DNA from: Takakia lepidozioides
Taxonomy: Eukaryota > Plantae > Bryophyta
Assembly: GCA_030704615.1 (NCBI GenBank)
Contig: CM060731.1
Location: 59,396,001 to 59,460,000, forward strand
Reading direction: 5' to 3'
Length of the DNA: 64,000 nt
Part shown: positions 24,501-36,470 of the stretch, piece by piece
Layout of the letters: every line of letters starts with the position of its first letter
Position numbering within the stretch: position 1 is the first letter of the stretch
Made by a program: the position numbers and the translations under genes
The notes under the pieces: generated by a model
Database searches by the model: none
Told to the model about the DNA's origin: nothing
Seen by the model: the letters and a program-made list of their open reading frames with translations, nothing else

Positions 24501-25666
24501 CCCTCCTGTGCTATTCTTAATGGTCTTTGTATGCTGGAATTACATATATATTGTCACAAGTCATTCCGGCCACTATGGGAGTGGGATCGTGTACTAACAG
24601 GGTGCTTCAGACGACTACAGAGGGTGTTTCGTAGATCTTGGTTGTTGCTTGCAAGTGATTATGAAGTAGGCTGCATCACTACAGTGTGCTTGAAAGAACA
24701 CACACTCTGCATGTGGCATGCATGTACAGCACGGTGTTGGTCAGGGGGACTGAGTTGCAGCTTCTATTTGGTTTCTGCCAGAAAGTACGCAGCGGAGAAG
24801 GTCCGCCTGAAAACGGAACGGAGTGCATTTGCAAAAGCATGGCGGAGGGGCGGTCGTAGGCGCAGATCCCGGTGGAGTACCCCACAACAATGGAGGAGCT
24901 GCAGCCCTTTACAGTGTGGGTCAGATCTGCAATTGCAGTGTACGCATCAGAGAACGAGGACCCATATGAGGGCATGGTATGTCTGTCATTCCCCCCAGGG
25001 CTGATTGCCACTTCGTACCGGTCAATGAAAGCATATGGCAATCACTATAGAGTGGACGATGCCAACACCAGCCTCCTGGTGACTTATGACAGCGGAGTGG
25101 CATCATTTTTTGAACAAGAGAGTAGGAGCTGTGCACGAGATCAGAATCCAATTTCATGCCATGTGCAATATGTAGGAGTGATCAAAGAGATCCTTAAACT
25201 AGACTATGGTCTTGTGAAGCCAATTCTATTCCGTTGTTCTTGGGTAAAAGCCAATATGGTAGGAGAGAATGCCACCATGAAACGGGATGAGTACGGGTTC
25301 CTCCTTGCTGATTTCAGAAAAATGCTACCACAAGATGAAGAGCCATTCATCTTCCCATCGCAAGTTGAGCAAGTTTTCTTTTCAGATGACACCCATGCGC
25401 CGGGATGGAAGGTGGTTCTTCACAAGGACCCCCGGGCCAAACGAGTCGTGGCCGACGTCCATGATCTGGACCTAGGGGAGAATGCCGACCACGAGGGTCT
25501 GAGGGAACCACAAAATCTACCAGATACGGCCGAACCAGTCTCTTTGGAAGGAGCAGTTACCTTTAATGAGGAAGACATTCCAGGGTTGGTAATTACCGCA
25601 AGGCAAATTGCAGATGTGGGTAGTGAAGGGGAAGATTATTTGGATATAGATAGTGAGCCCAGCTGA
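21597..25666 (+). CDS. CACTA TnpD transposase (Transposase_21 + DUF4218 + DUF4216); exons ~21597-23321, 23584-~24483, ~24782-25666; apparent 1-nt frameshift near 24855
   Basis: CPCERC, IHACPKGH, RNVRLAVSTDGVNPY, WSIHDFPAYG, LDPMHCEKN, KSHDLHV, FPPSFFDVMTHL, RWMYPMERYMK, PEGSMAEGY, EPFIFPSQVEQVFF. Confidence 0.93.
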
Positions 25667-26509
25667 ATCTCAGTGTCCATTAAGCCAACAGCTCATAGAC
25701 GAGAGCTATGCTAAGGACTCTTACTGTCCTTAGAACCCATTTTGTACAGTCCTGCAAGCGCGCAAGGGCGAGACAGTTAATAGTATCGATAATGTCCCGG
25801 TATGTGGTCCGTACTGTCTTGTGAACAAACCTTTTTTTGTTCTGCCAATATTGTTTCTGACATGTGAGGAGAGGATTGTCTTCATGTACGGGAAGTAGAC
25901 ATGAATGTGTGTATGCATTTTCTGGCCCAGCTGCATGCTTTCCAGGAACAAAGACCAGTGGAATGGGGGGTGTCTCCAAAGGAGCAGGACCGAACGACAC
26001 ATTTTTGTGCTTCCCTTGCTTTCCTTCTCACCGTTGTTGCATTCTCCCACCTGCCCAACAGCAACACTCTCGAAGCATTAGCATGACATATGTTGCAACA
26101 TGGTCTTCTTCACCAGCGAATGAGCTTTTTTGCTACATGTACTGCCACGTCCACATTAACGTTGATCCCTGCAAGCACTTGGCAAGACACCCCAGAGCCG
26201 CAAATCCAGCAACCACCACAAACACATCTAACTGATTGTAGTGACACGGGAATAGCTCACTTGTAGAGGAATTGAACCTCCAGCCAAATGAATGGCTCTG
26301 CCCCTTGTAGCACAAGTGCGATGCAAAAACAAGGTGAGTACAAAATGAAGAAGCACTTACGAGGTCCCCATCCCTCGGATGGGCTCCCACTTGTGCTCTG
26401 GAACTGTGCAGGCCTGACTAGCACCAAATTGCATGAATCCTAAGCCTGAATGTCATATGCAGGTTTATGTCGCGATGCAGCACGCCATCATCTAACCTGT
26501 AGTTTCCAG

Positions 26510-27195
26510 TTTTACTGGTGTCACAACTGCCTTCAAGTCAACATCAAAATTAAGTCCACCTATGCGCAAATCGCATAATGTCTCATGACACCATCTGCCG
26601 CCGCTGGTTTGGCATGATATGATTGTAGTTCACAACCTTAATGAACGCTTTCAGCCTTGACCTCTTTGCGATCTTCTTCTGCGACTGCTTCTTCATAATT
26701 TATGAAAGGGAAAAACAACTACACATCAAATTCTTGCAAGTACAGGGGGGTACTCAGGCCTCCTTGGGAGAAAGAGTGCCATAAACACAGACACATCCTT
26801 AAATGTAAAAATTGGAGAAGCGAACGTCTGGTGGCAATAACTGCCTAAACCAGAATTATACTCCATTCCAGCGCACATGTAAAGGGTCGGATGATAACTC
26901 GGAATCCCAGTTGGAGATAATGAGACGAATACATGACTATCTTGCGAGTTTCAACTTTCTTGGAGGTAGTTTCCAATTTCTCTGGTGTTACAACTGCCTT
27001 CAAGTTGGGTTTAGAGGAATTAAGTCCCACTCGCAAATGCAGAATGTCTCCCTCACCTGCGTAGGCAAAATGAGGTTTGGCATGATATGATTGTAGTTCA
27101 CAACCAAAGGGCATATTCTTCAGCCTTCACGTCTTTGCGATCTTCTTCTGTGACGTCTTCTGCATAACTTGTGAAATGGAAAAGCAGCTACACAG
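26510..27195. repeat. Internal ~210-bp diverged direct duplication (26510-26725 and 26980-27195)
   Basis: Shared blocks ACAACTGCCTTCAAGT, TTTGGCATGATATGATTGTAGTTCACAACC and TCTTTGCGATCTTCTTCTG. Confidence 0.7.
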
Positions 27196-27600
27196 GACCG
27201 AAACTTTGCCCTCTGGGGTGACTGTTGTCTCCCAACCCACTGAGGTGAGACCCCGTGACACCCCTTCAAAAGCTCCTTTCATAGAAAAGTTGAAACTAAT
27301 TGTTCTAGACCTGAACGGGATCATGTGCCACTCTATTCCTAACTTTCAGCCCAACCCGAGGCGTCATTGGCCATGGGTGTTGACCACCAACAAGTATGTT
27401 TTCCCAAGGCCCCAGGTCTGCGAGTTTTTAAACCTTCTCTTCCGGTATTTCTACGTTGGGATATGGTCCTGTGCTTCCAAGGGGAATGTTGCAGACATCT
27501 TCAAAGTGGTCATGCAGGGGGTCAAGGGTTCTCCCCTCTTTGTGTGGTCACAAGAGGAGTGTGACCCCTTGACAGAGCCACACCCCACAAAAGGGCCTGC
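27176..27600 (+). CDS. FCP1/NIF-like HAD phosphatase domain (N-terminal part) carried inside the CACTA
   Basis: KLIVLDLNGIM, VFPRPQVCEFLNLLFRYFYVGIWSCA...LFVWSQEEC are typical of the plant DLNG-type NIF family. C-terminal motifs not seen. Confidence 0.75.
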
Positions 27601-27749
27601 CATACAGAACTTATGTTGGTACACCGTGAATTGGCTGCTGATTCAGTATTGTGGCAACCAAGATCGTTTCCATGCCCAGCTGCGCTTGACTTTCACCCTG
27701 TCATTGCTATGTTTGTTGCTGAGTGGACCCTGATGTTGGTGTCTGCAGA

Positions 27750-28031
27750 TATCAGATCTTGTGTTTCTCCTGAACCCCCATGACAAGCGGTCAAAGACAG
27801 CCGCCGCCAAGGCGGAAGTGGTGGGAATAGCCGGGGTTGACAAGTTCCACTGCAAGGACATTCGATCCGGGTGGTACAAGGTGAAAGTCCACGAGATCAT
27901 GCTTCCAAGTGTTACATTGCCTTGCCCAAATGTGGACGATGCCCCCCCCCCAGACCACACTAGCGCACGTGAAAGGCACGGTGACTCTGTGGCCAGAGAA
28001 GAGTATGAGGAAAGGTGAAAGTACCAAGTGA
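27750..28031 (+). pseudogene. Tnp1/En-Spm-like C-terminal domain exon, frameshifted in a poly-C run
   Basis: AKAEVVG...FHCKDIRSGWYKVKVHEIMLPSVTLPCP, continuing in another frame as QTTLAHVKGTVTLWPEK...*. Confidence 0.55.
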
Positions 28032-29157
28032 CATTTCATGTTTGTAGTCCTGTTGGGTGTGTAATGATACTCATAGAAGTGTGTATGATACTCACGTTAC
28101 CAGTTTTGAACATTTGGGCCATGACAGTTTAAGTGATGTCCGGCAACCATGTATGTTGGCATTTAGTCTTGCTCATATGCAGGTGTGCCGTGACGGTCTC
28201 TAATTTGAATGTAATATCACATTTCCTGACTTGTCGTCGTGTCCGTCCACCTTCTATGTGTATGTGTGATGGTCTTTGGTCTCCCTGTTGCCTCGTCTAT
28301 TTGGTTCATTAGCGTGATGTTGTGCATGCATCGTGGTCTGTGTTCTCAATCTCGCCCAGTATCATTGCTTCTCAATTCCCCCTGCATATGGGTGAACCAC
28401 TAAAACCAGTAGAATGCATCAGAACCATATTTTCAGCTTAGAATGCAGGTCAGTTGGAAACTCACACAAACCACTACAAGTGCTCATTTTTTGTGCTTTC
28501 CTACTGTAGTGCAACCAACTAGCACAGTGGCAGCGGAATTGGCCAAAGCAGTCCCGAGATGGCACAAGCACTCTGCGTCTTTCCACTAGCAGTCGTACCC
28601 GTCACTGCCATTGCGTGGGGACGACGCCACGCGTCGACCCACACACTCTCCACGTGGTCCCCGTGGATTCGTCTGCCGGAAGTTGTGCAGTTGACTTCGC
28701 CAGTGGCTGTTGCGACGTCACATGCAGCACTCCAAGTGATGTGGCCGACTGCGATGTGGCGTCTTGGGGCCGTGGCCACGCGGCAGCATTGCCGCTCGTC
28801 GCGGCGCCGCCACATCGGCATCCACGTCCGCATCCACGTCTGCGTCCATGTGTCACCGCGCCCCGGGTGAGTCAGTCCACTCATCCGGAGGGAAAAGTCA
28901 AAGTCAGCCCAAAAGGTCAGACACACGGGCGGCCCGCCTGGTTACGCCACGTGGTTCTTCAGCATTAATCGCATTAATCGCTGAGCAGTTGTTCGCGCGT
29001 CTGCAACCTTTACCACTCCAATCATTGGATGTCCAACCCAACTACCACGTCTGTTGTAACTAGTCTGTTGTAACTTCCAGTCGATCCCAGTTTTTTGACT
29101 TTTACGACTCAAAATGAGTCGTTACCCCAGTGGTAAATGACACGAATGCTTCTAGTG

Positions 29158-31200
29158 AAGCATCGTGTTCCACGACACCACATCTCGTTCAGCCATAGTG
29201 TTGAACAATCCCTTTGCATCCTCAATGCTCCCACATTTGGCATACATGTCCACCAGGGCAGAGTTCAGAATGACATTGGGTACAATTCCAGCTTTGACAA
29301 TGTCACCATGGACCTCTTTGCCCTTTTCCAGGGCTGCCAGGCTTGCAAATGCACACAAATGTGACATGGTTGGGCTTCACCCCTTCGCAGATCATTTGCT
29401 CATAGGTCTCCAAAACCTCCATCCCACGCCCTTGCTGTGCATATCCTGCAATCATCACACTCCACAACACCACATCTCGTTCAGCCAGATTGTCGAACAC
29501 TCCCTTTGCATGCTCGATGCTCCCACATTTGGCATACATGTCCACCAGGGTATTGTTCAGGATCACATCTGGTACGATTCTAGCTCTGACGATGTCGCCA
29601 TGCACCTCTATGCCCTTTTGCAAGGCTGTCAGGCTTGCACACGCACTGCAAACGCACACAAACGTGATGTGGTTGGGCTTCACCCCTTCCCCCATCATTT
29701 GCTCATAGGTCTCCAAAGCCTCTATCTTGCGCCCCTACTGTGCATATCCTACGAGCATCGCACTCCACGACACCACATTTCGTTCAGCCATATTGTTGAA
29801 CACTCCCTTTGCATCCTCGATGCACCCACATTTGGCATACATGTCCACCAGGGCAGTATTCAGGATGACATCTGGTAGGATTCCAGCTCTCACGATGTCG
29901 CCATGCACCTCTTTGCCCTTTTCCAGGGCTGCCAGGCTTGCACACGCACTGCAAACGCTACAAACGTGATGTGGTTGGGCTAAATCACTTCCCCCATCAT
30001 TTGCTCATAGGTCTCCAAAGCATTCCTACCACACCCATGCTTGCTAAATCCTGCCAACATGATATTCCACGTGATCAAAGATCATTGAGGCATTCTGTTG
30101 AACACTTGGTGAGCATCCATGATGCTCCTGCATTTAACATACATGTTGACAAGGGTGTGGAGGAGAAAAACATTTGGCGTGAATCCACTTTGGATAATGT
30201 GAGTGTGCATCTGCTTTCCAACTTCCAGGCCTTTCACCTTGATGCACTTATGCAAGAGACAGACATGCGTTTCTGAATCTGCTGAAATGCATCTTTGGTT
30301 TAAATTAAAGTCTGTAGAGCCTCTTTCAGTCTGCGTGCCTCACAAGGCATCTTCACATGCCCAGAAGTGCCAGAAGAGGCTTGTGGATTCCCTCTCTTGA
30401 TCCTCTTCCAGAAGTTGTGGTCTTGGTTGAGGTGCTTGATTTTATCAATTGTGACATTGCAGCTGCCGCCTTTAGTTGACCATCTACCCATGCAGGTTTC
30501 TTGTAGCTATTGATCCTAGTTAGTGCCTTGTTCTATCAATGTGCTGCTGCCGCTGATGTTTCCAATTGACCATCTACCCACTTGTAGCCGCTGTGCTATT
30601 GAAGAAGGTGCCCCCTTTCCCCCATTTTCCAGAGGTCCCAGGCTTGCACACGCTTTTGCAAACACAAACACCCACGCGTGGTAAATCCTTCCAGCATTGT
30701 ATTCCATGAGATCAAAGATCGTTGAGGCATTCTGTTGAAAACTTGGTGAGAATTCATGATGCTCCCGCACTTAACATACAGGTTGACAAGGGTGTTGAGG
30801 AGAAAAACAGTTGGCGTGAGTCCACTTTGGATCATAATGTGAGTGTGCACCTGCTTTCCAGCTTCCAGACCTTTCCTCTTGATGGACTTAAGCAAGAGAC
30901 AGACATACTTATCTAAATCTGCTGAAATTCCTCATTGGTTTAAAGTCTGTAGAGCCTCATTCAGTCTGCCTACCTCACAAAGCATCTTGATATGCCGAGA
31001 AGTGCCAGAACAAGCACTGTGGACTCCCTCTCTTGATCCTCTTCCAGAAGTTGTGGTCATGGTTGAGGTGCCTGATTTGATCATTTGTGCCGTTGCTGCC
31101 GCGGCTTCCAATTGACCATCTACCCATGCAGGTTTCTTGTAGCTATCCTTCCACAGGGAATCATAGGTGATCTGGAGCTTGAAATCCGGCCCGCTTCGAT
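29158..31200 (-). pseudogene. PLS-class PPR pseudogene, cut by the CACTA, with frameshifts and a duplicated 5' segment
   Basis: Repeats of ALVDMYAKCGSIEDAKG-F---AERDVVSW, EGVKPNHITFVCV and ACASL-AL-KG-EVH. Segments ~30000-30520 and ~30680-31150 are duplicates. Confidence 0.85.
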
Positions 31201-34200
31201 GAATCTCAACCCACACTCTATCCCTGCTCCTTTATTCCAGAGCTTCTCTTAGTTTCTGTTATCTGTTTTCAATACTTTCCTGTTGCCACATAGGCAGTAA
31301 CATGTCAAATCACTTCAAAACCCCCGGTACCATAGATCCACCAAGAGCTAACTTACAGAATTCAACATGAAAATTAGGGACAACTCTGATAACAAGGAAA
31401 ACAGGCTGAAATGTATTGAAGAAGGTGCCTCCGTTACCGCTGCCTAGTTCTATCAACCGAGTCTGATGGGAGGGAAAAACAGGCTGAAAATAGGTCAAAG
31501 AAGAAGGTGCCCTCACCACATTGTCCTCGACCTTGTGTCATGACCCATGGAGGATTTGACTGACCATGAACCTAAGAGAACCTCTTGTGTGTGCTGCTTG
31601 TGTCTGTAGTCAGATAATGTCTGATTGGTCCATGAGAACCACCACGGTGCAGCTGAACGGGCAGAAATTGAAGCACGGCCTGCTAAGACCAAACTGACTC
31701 TTCCAAGAACCTTGTAAACATCAGGAAGGATACCAAAGCACAGTACTAGCAGGACATTTGCAGGATGGACAAACTTCTTCACATCGTACATTAAGAAAAA
31801 GCCACACCTTGCGATTGCGGTTGTCCCACCATCGTGAAGGATCTTTAAAAACTCATGCCAGCTCTGCTCCGTGCTACAAATTTAAGGCTAAGTTTGATGA
31901 GAGCGCAAAACAGGCTGAAATAGGTCGAAGAAGAAGGTGCCCTCACCACATTGTCCTCAACCTAAGACCAAGCTGACTCTCCCCAGAACGGCGAGCTCTT
32001 AGCCGACACCTAGTCCTCGCACACATACCCTAGCGTTTGTCGGGTTGCTTGCTTTTCAGATGCGAAGGTTGCTCCAAATGCGGGCCTCCCATGTTTGCCC
32101 TCCTTCCCGCTCGCTGCTCTAAGTCCTAGCCCTCTCTCTCTCTCTCCTGCTCACTCGCTCTAAGTCCCAACCCTCTGTTCACAGCTACCGGGATGGGCAA
32201 CTTATTTTAAAAATTAACCTTTTGCAAACCCTACAAGCAACTTTTGCAAAAAAAATTAAACCTTTTGCACTTTGATCTTTAAACCTTTTGCACTCTGCAA
32301 CAAGTTTTAAAGGTACCATGTACTAGCTCTACCCTGTTTTCATTTTACAATGTTGAATGATTCATATTTATGTCCCTGCACTGATATGGTCACACTTAAT
32401 TTGACTCCCTTCAATCATAATATGAGGATTGTTAAGCTTGCATTGCATTTGGTTTACATTGCAAAGTGCGACGACCACCTCTTCGTCTTTCCGAGGGCAG
32501 ATTTCTGAAGTTCATGATTTATTCCATTTGCAGCGGAGTACTAACTAAACCCATACACCACAATCAGTGGAAATAATTGTATGGTCCCATTTCACATGCC
32601 ATGTAAACTAAGCCAACCCCTGCCACGGTCATGGCTGTTTTCACACCATTCTTGCCTGGGGTGTGGACCACATGTGAGACACCCCACAGTTAGGGCATAT
32701 TTAGACCCACACCTTGGCTCAGTCTACAGACCCGTGATAAAAGCCGTGGAATGTGCCAGGTGTGAGATGGCAGAGCCGTGGAAAAAGCCGGTTTCTCTTT
32801 TAGTGGGATAACCTTCTAGAGGATCAGCAAACCATTGGGAGGTTGACTGCTAGATTGCTGAAAGAATAGACTCTGAGTAAGGTAAGAGATGCATCGGGCG
32901 AACATGATGATGAGGCTTTTTTGGTGAATGCCATCGACAGAAACCATGGCCACGATAGAAGCGGCAGAAGAAGAGAGGACTCTGAGTACATAAAGGAGCT
33001 GAAGAGGAAGACCACATGTAATAAGTGTGGAGAGATGGGTCATTGGGCAAGAGAGTGTAAAAGCCGAAGGAAAGATAGAAGAGACGAAGAGAAAAGCCAA
33101 GCAAACATCCTTGCTAGTGGGAGCATCGCGTTTGCTGCCACATCAAGTTAGCAATCGGACAACGAAGCTTGGTATGCGGATGGAGGTGCATCTGAGCATA
33201 TGACAGATATGCGAGATTGGTTCAAAAATCTAACATTGTAGAGAGCGGTACTTGGCTTGTTCACGTTGCAAATGATCATAAGTTGTGGGTTGCCGGTGTT
33301 GGTGACATTGAAATAAGTTGTAAGGAAACAAGATCATGGCAGGAGAGATCAAGAAAGCATTTTACATTCCTGAATTGAAGAGGAACCTTTTCAGCATTGG
33401 ACAGGCAGCAGACAAAGGGACCAAAACTACATATACAAAGGAAGGATGTAGTTTGATCGATGGTCAGGGAAGAGAGGTCATGATAGGTGCAAGAGAGCAC
33501 AAATTGTACAAGCTTCATATTCGCGTGATTGTACTAGACCAAGCACTTACTGTGTCAGCGGCAGAAGCAGAAGGGAGTGATAAAGCAAGAGCTGTTCACC
33601 ATGCCCCAAATGGTGGGGAGTTGAAATTATGGCATGAGGGACTTGGGCACTTGAACGTTGCAACAATACGAAGGATGAAAAAAGAGGAGATGATTGAAGG
33701 TTTGACAGTGATAAAGGAAGAAGGCCTAGCAGATATCTTCTGTGAGGGATGTGCACTTGGGAAGGAACATCGACTTCCTTTCAATACCAACCAAGAGAGG
33801 AAACGGGCTGAGAGACCTGAAGAGTTTTTCCACACTGACGTGTGTGGACCAATGAGCGTGGCCTCAGTTGGAGGTGCCAAAAATTTTGCATTGTTTAAGG
33901 ATGACATGAGTGGCTTCAGAATTGTCTATTTCATGAAGGAGAAATCAGAGGTGTTTGCATGTTTTCAAAAACTTCAGAAACATATAGAAACCTAGCTTGG
34001 CACAAAGATCAAGAAGATAAAATTAGATAGAGGCGAGGAATATATGGGCAAAGACTTTGCACATTATCTTGAAAATATTGGCATCGTGCACGAAACCACC
34101 GCTCCTTACACTCTTGAGCAGAATGGGGTCGCCGAAAGAGACAATAAGACACTGTTGGGCACTTGAGAGTTTTTGGTTGCGATGCATTTATGCATGTTCC

Positions 34201-34336
34201 CAAGCAGCTGAGGAAGAAGTTTGATCCAAAGGGTTTGAAGCTACGGTTGGTTGGATATTGCAGTGACAGCAATGCATATAGGCTTTGGGATCCAATCAGG
34301 AGACAAATAAAGGTGAGCAGGGATATAATTTTCCAT

Positions 34337-36334
34337 AAGAGGACTCGCCAGCAAGGAGCAGCTGTTGTGACACCCGCCAAAACGAAGAAGCAGAAACAGC
34401 CTGTTCAGGAAGAGGGTGACGAAGAGGACTCCGATGGAGACTTTGCAACCAGCCCACCCCCCCAAATGCAGGCTGCCTCCCCTGTGCCCACCGTTGTCAC
34501 GAGAGGCACGAGAACTGGCTCGGCAAAGAAGGCACTCTTCAACCCCCCAGGGGGGCACCCTTTCGAGCCGGTGGAAATGAAGAGGCCGAAAGTGGCTCCC
34601 GAAACAGTAGTCCAGTGTGTAAATGAGAGTTTCTTGGCGGCTTTGGATGGACGGGCAGCCAAGTTGGCATACATGAAGACCATGGAGGGTCTGAAGGGCA
34701 GAGCACTGAAGAAGGCGACTGCCAAAGAGCCTTCCGACACCCCAGGATTTCAGAATATGGTCTCGTTCTTTGAGAGGGTGTGTGCAGACAAGGATTGTAG
34801 GAGGGGCGGAAATGCCACCGAGTGGTCTTGCGATATGATCATCTTGGATATTCCGGACGGAGAGCCTGTGGAAGGACTGCAAGCTTTGCCATCTTGGAAC
34901 AGGTACTCAGAGGACTTTTGGAAGAAAGGATTCGGGCTTGCCCGCATGGTGTTGGACGACAGAGACTGTGTGGTTGTCCTGGCGAGCAGAGGAAAAAACA
35001 CTCAGACAGGAATTGCGAAGTGGACCCGCAAGAGCGCCGTCCTGATTCTGAAAAAGAAGTGGACGTGCATCAACACACTGGGCCTTCGGTCGGAAGGGAA
35101 GAAGGTAATTACGACACTGGCACTCGTCCATTCATTTGCTTGGGTGTTTTCAAATGCGGTGCCGCATTCGGTTTCTAATCGTTCCCCCCTGTGTATGCAG
35201 ACGAAGCAGTTCGATGCATACTGCTTTGTGAAGGAGAACTCCACCTTTGCTTTCCGGAAGGAGGGAGGAAAGGTTGACCCGAACTGCGACCCCCTCGATT
35301 ACGACGTTCTGTTCAACAACGTTCCCAAGGAACTTCTCCCTCATAGCCTCACTTCAACGGAACCCTTGCGGTACTCACGGACTCGGAGCCCTGCCTTCAT
35401 TCAGACAATTATGGAGACATGCACAGACATGGAGGGCACAGTGCTGGACCTCATCTGTGGGACAGGTATGCAGAATCTTGTTCTATGTTGTTCTGCAAAT
35501 TCTCGTTAGGATGTAGTTCGCAACATCTGAAGCGCCATGTTGTAATGTGTGGATGGCATTGTAACAGGTGCCTCAATGTGGGCTGGGCGGTTTTCCGACC
35601 GGCACCTCTTTGCCTACGAGGAGGACTCATCCGTGTGGGGATCCCATCTGGAAGGGCTGCAACGGAATGTTAAGGCTCCCAAAAGAGCAGAAGTCTCCTC
35701 GGATTCGTCGGAGTCCGAGGAAGACACAGTGGACATTGATGCGGAGGAGAACCCGGAATACGAGTGAGTGCAAACATTGTAAGTTTGCAAAGCCTTCTGG
35801 GTCATTTTTGTCAAACGAATTTCCGGATTGTGGTTCTCAGTAGTCTCGATGATTGTCATGTGCAGGATTGCAGGGTCCGGGTCGAAACATGTAGGGCCTA
35901 CACTTCCTGCCAGGAAGAATGTCCCGTTCTTTGCGAGGGCCGACTTCATGACGAGCCCGGTGAGAGACTACTCCCTTCCTAGTTATGCAGCTAAACTCGC
36001 AAATACAGCGATTAGAAGAAGTGAGAATCCCAGTAAAGTAGAGCAGATTTTGGAGAGGGCTAGGGAGGACAGAAGGATAAGGAAAGAGTTGGCAGCAGCT
36101 CAGACAGGTAGATGGATACGAAAGTACATATGTGATTCAGCGGATGAGAGCGACGCAGACAGGGAGGAAGACGACCCAACAGAGGTGAGATGGACAGTTC
36201 CGCAAGGGGAAGATGGGATTTTCGAAAGCCTGGCCAACGAGCAGTCCGCTGGAGATGAGAAAGGCAATGAGGGAATGGAGGCGGAGCAGGACAGTCTAGA
36301 ACAGGATGAGGATTCGGATGATTTTCAAGATTAA
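34337..36334 (+). CDS. Spliced beta-class N4-cytosine/N6-adenine DNA methyltransferase-like gene (5'-truncated); exons to 35104, 35201-35465, 35568-35763, 35866-36334
   Basis: Motif IV-like CDMIILDIPD, then F-LARMVL----CVVVL, then RSPAFIQTIMETCTDMEGTVLDLICGTG|ASMWAGRFSDRHLFAYEED (motifs X-I-II). Three GT-AG introns of 96, 102 and 102 nt all keep the frame. Confidence 0.75.
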
Positions 36335-36470
36335 TAGAATTTTAATGAAGTCTCTGTAAATGTAAATTCTCTTCCAGAGTATATAAAGGAAATTCTCCCC
36401 GACATTCGTGACCCCTCTCCAGTGTGCATTCTAGCCACACAATCGCCCAAACCACGACGCTCCCAAAATC

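Larger units (their letters stand above)
16979..29157 (+). mobile_element. CACTA (EnSpm) DNA transposon; right terminus at 29157, left terminus not found
   Basis: TnpD-type transposase. The right end ...CACGAATGCTTCTAGTG (reverse complement CACTAGAAGC) abuts and interrupts a PPR motif (VVSWNTML|). GC-rich subterminal region at 28520-29130. The left boundary is only approximate. Confidence 0.7.

Noticed and set aside
34163-35509. Genuine 448-aa Copia integrase-methyltransferase fusion protein
   Set aside because: The ORF runs through an unspliced in-frame intron, and the Copia part is internally deleted and decayed. The in-frame join is most likely a chance junction from nesting or deletion.
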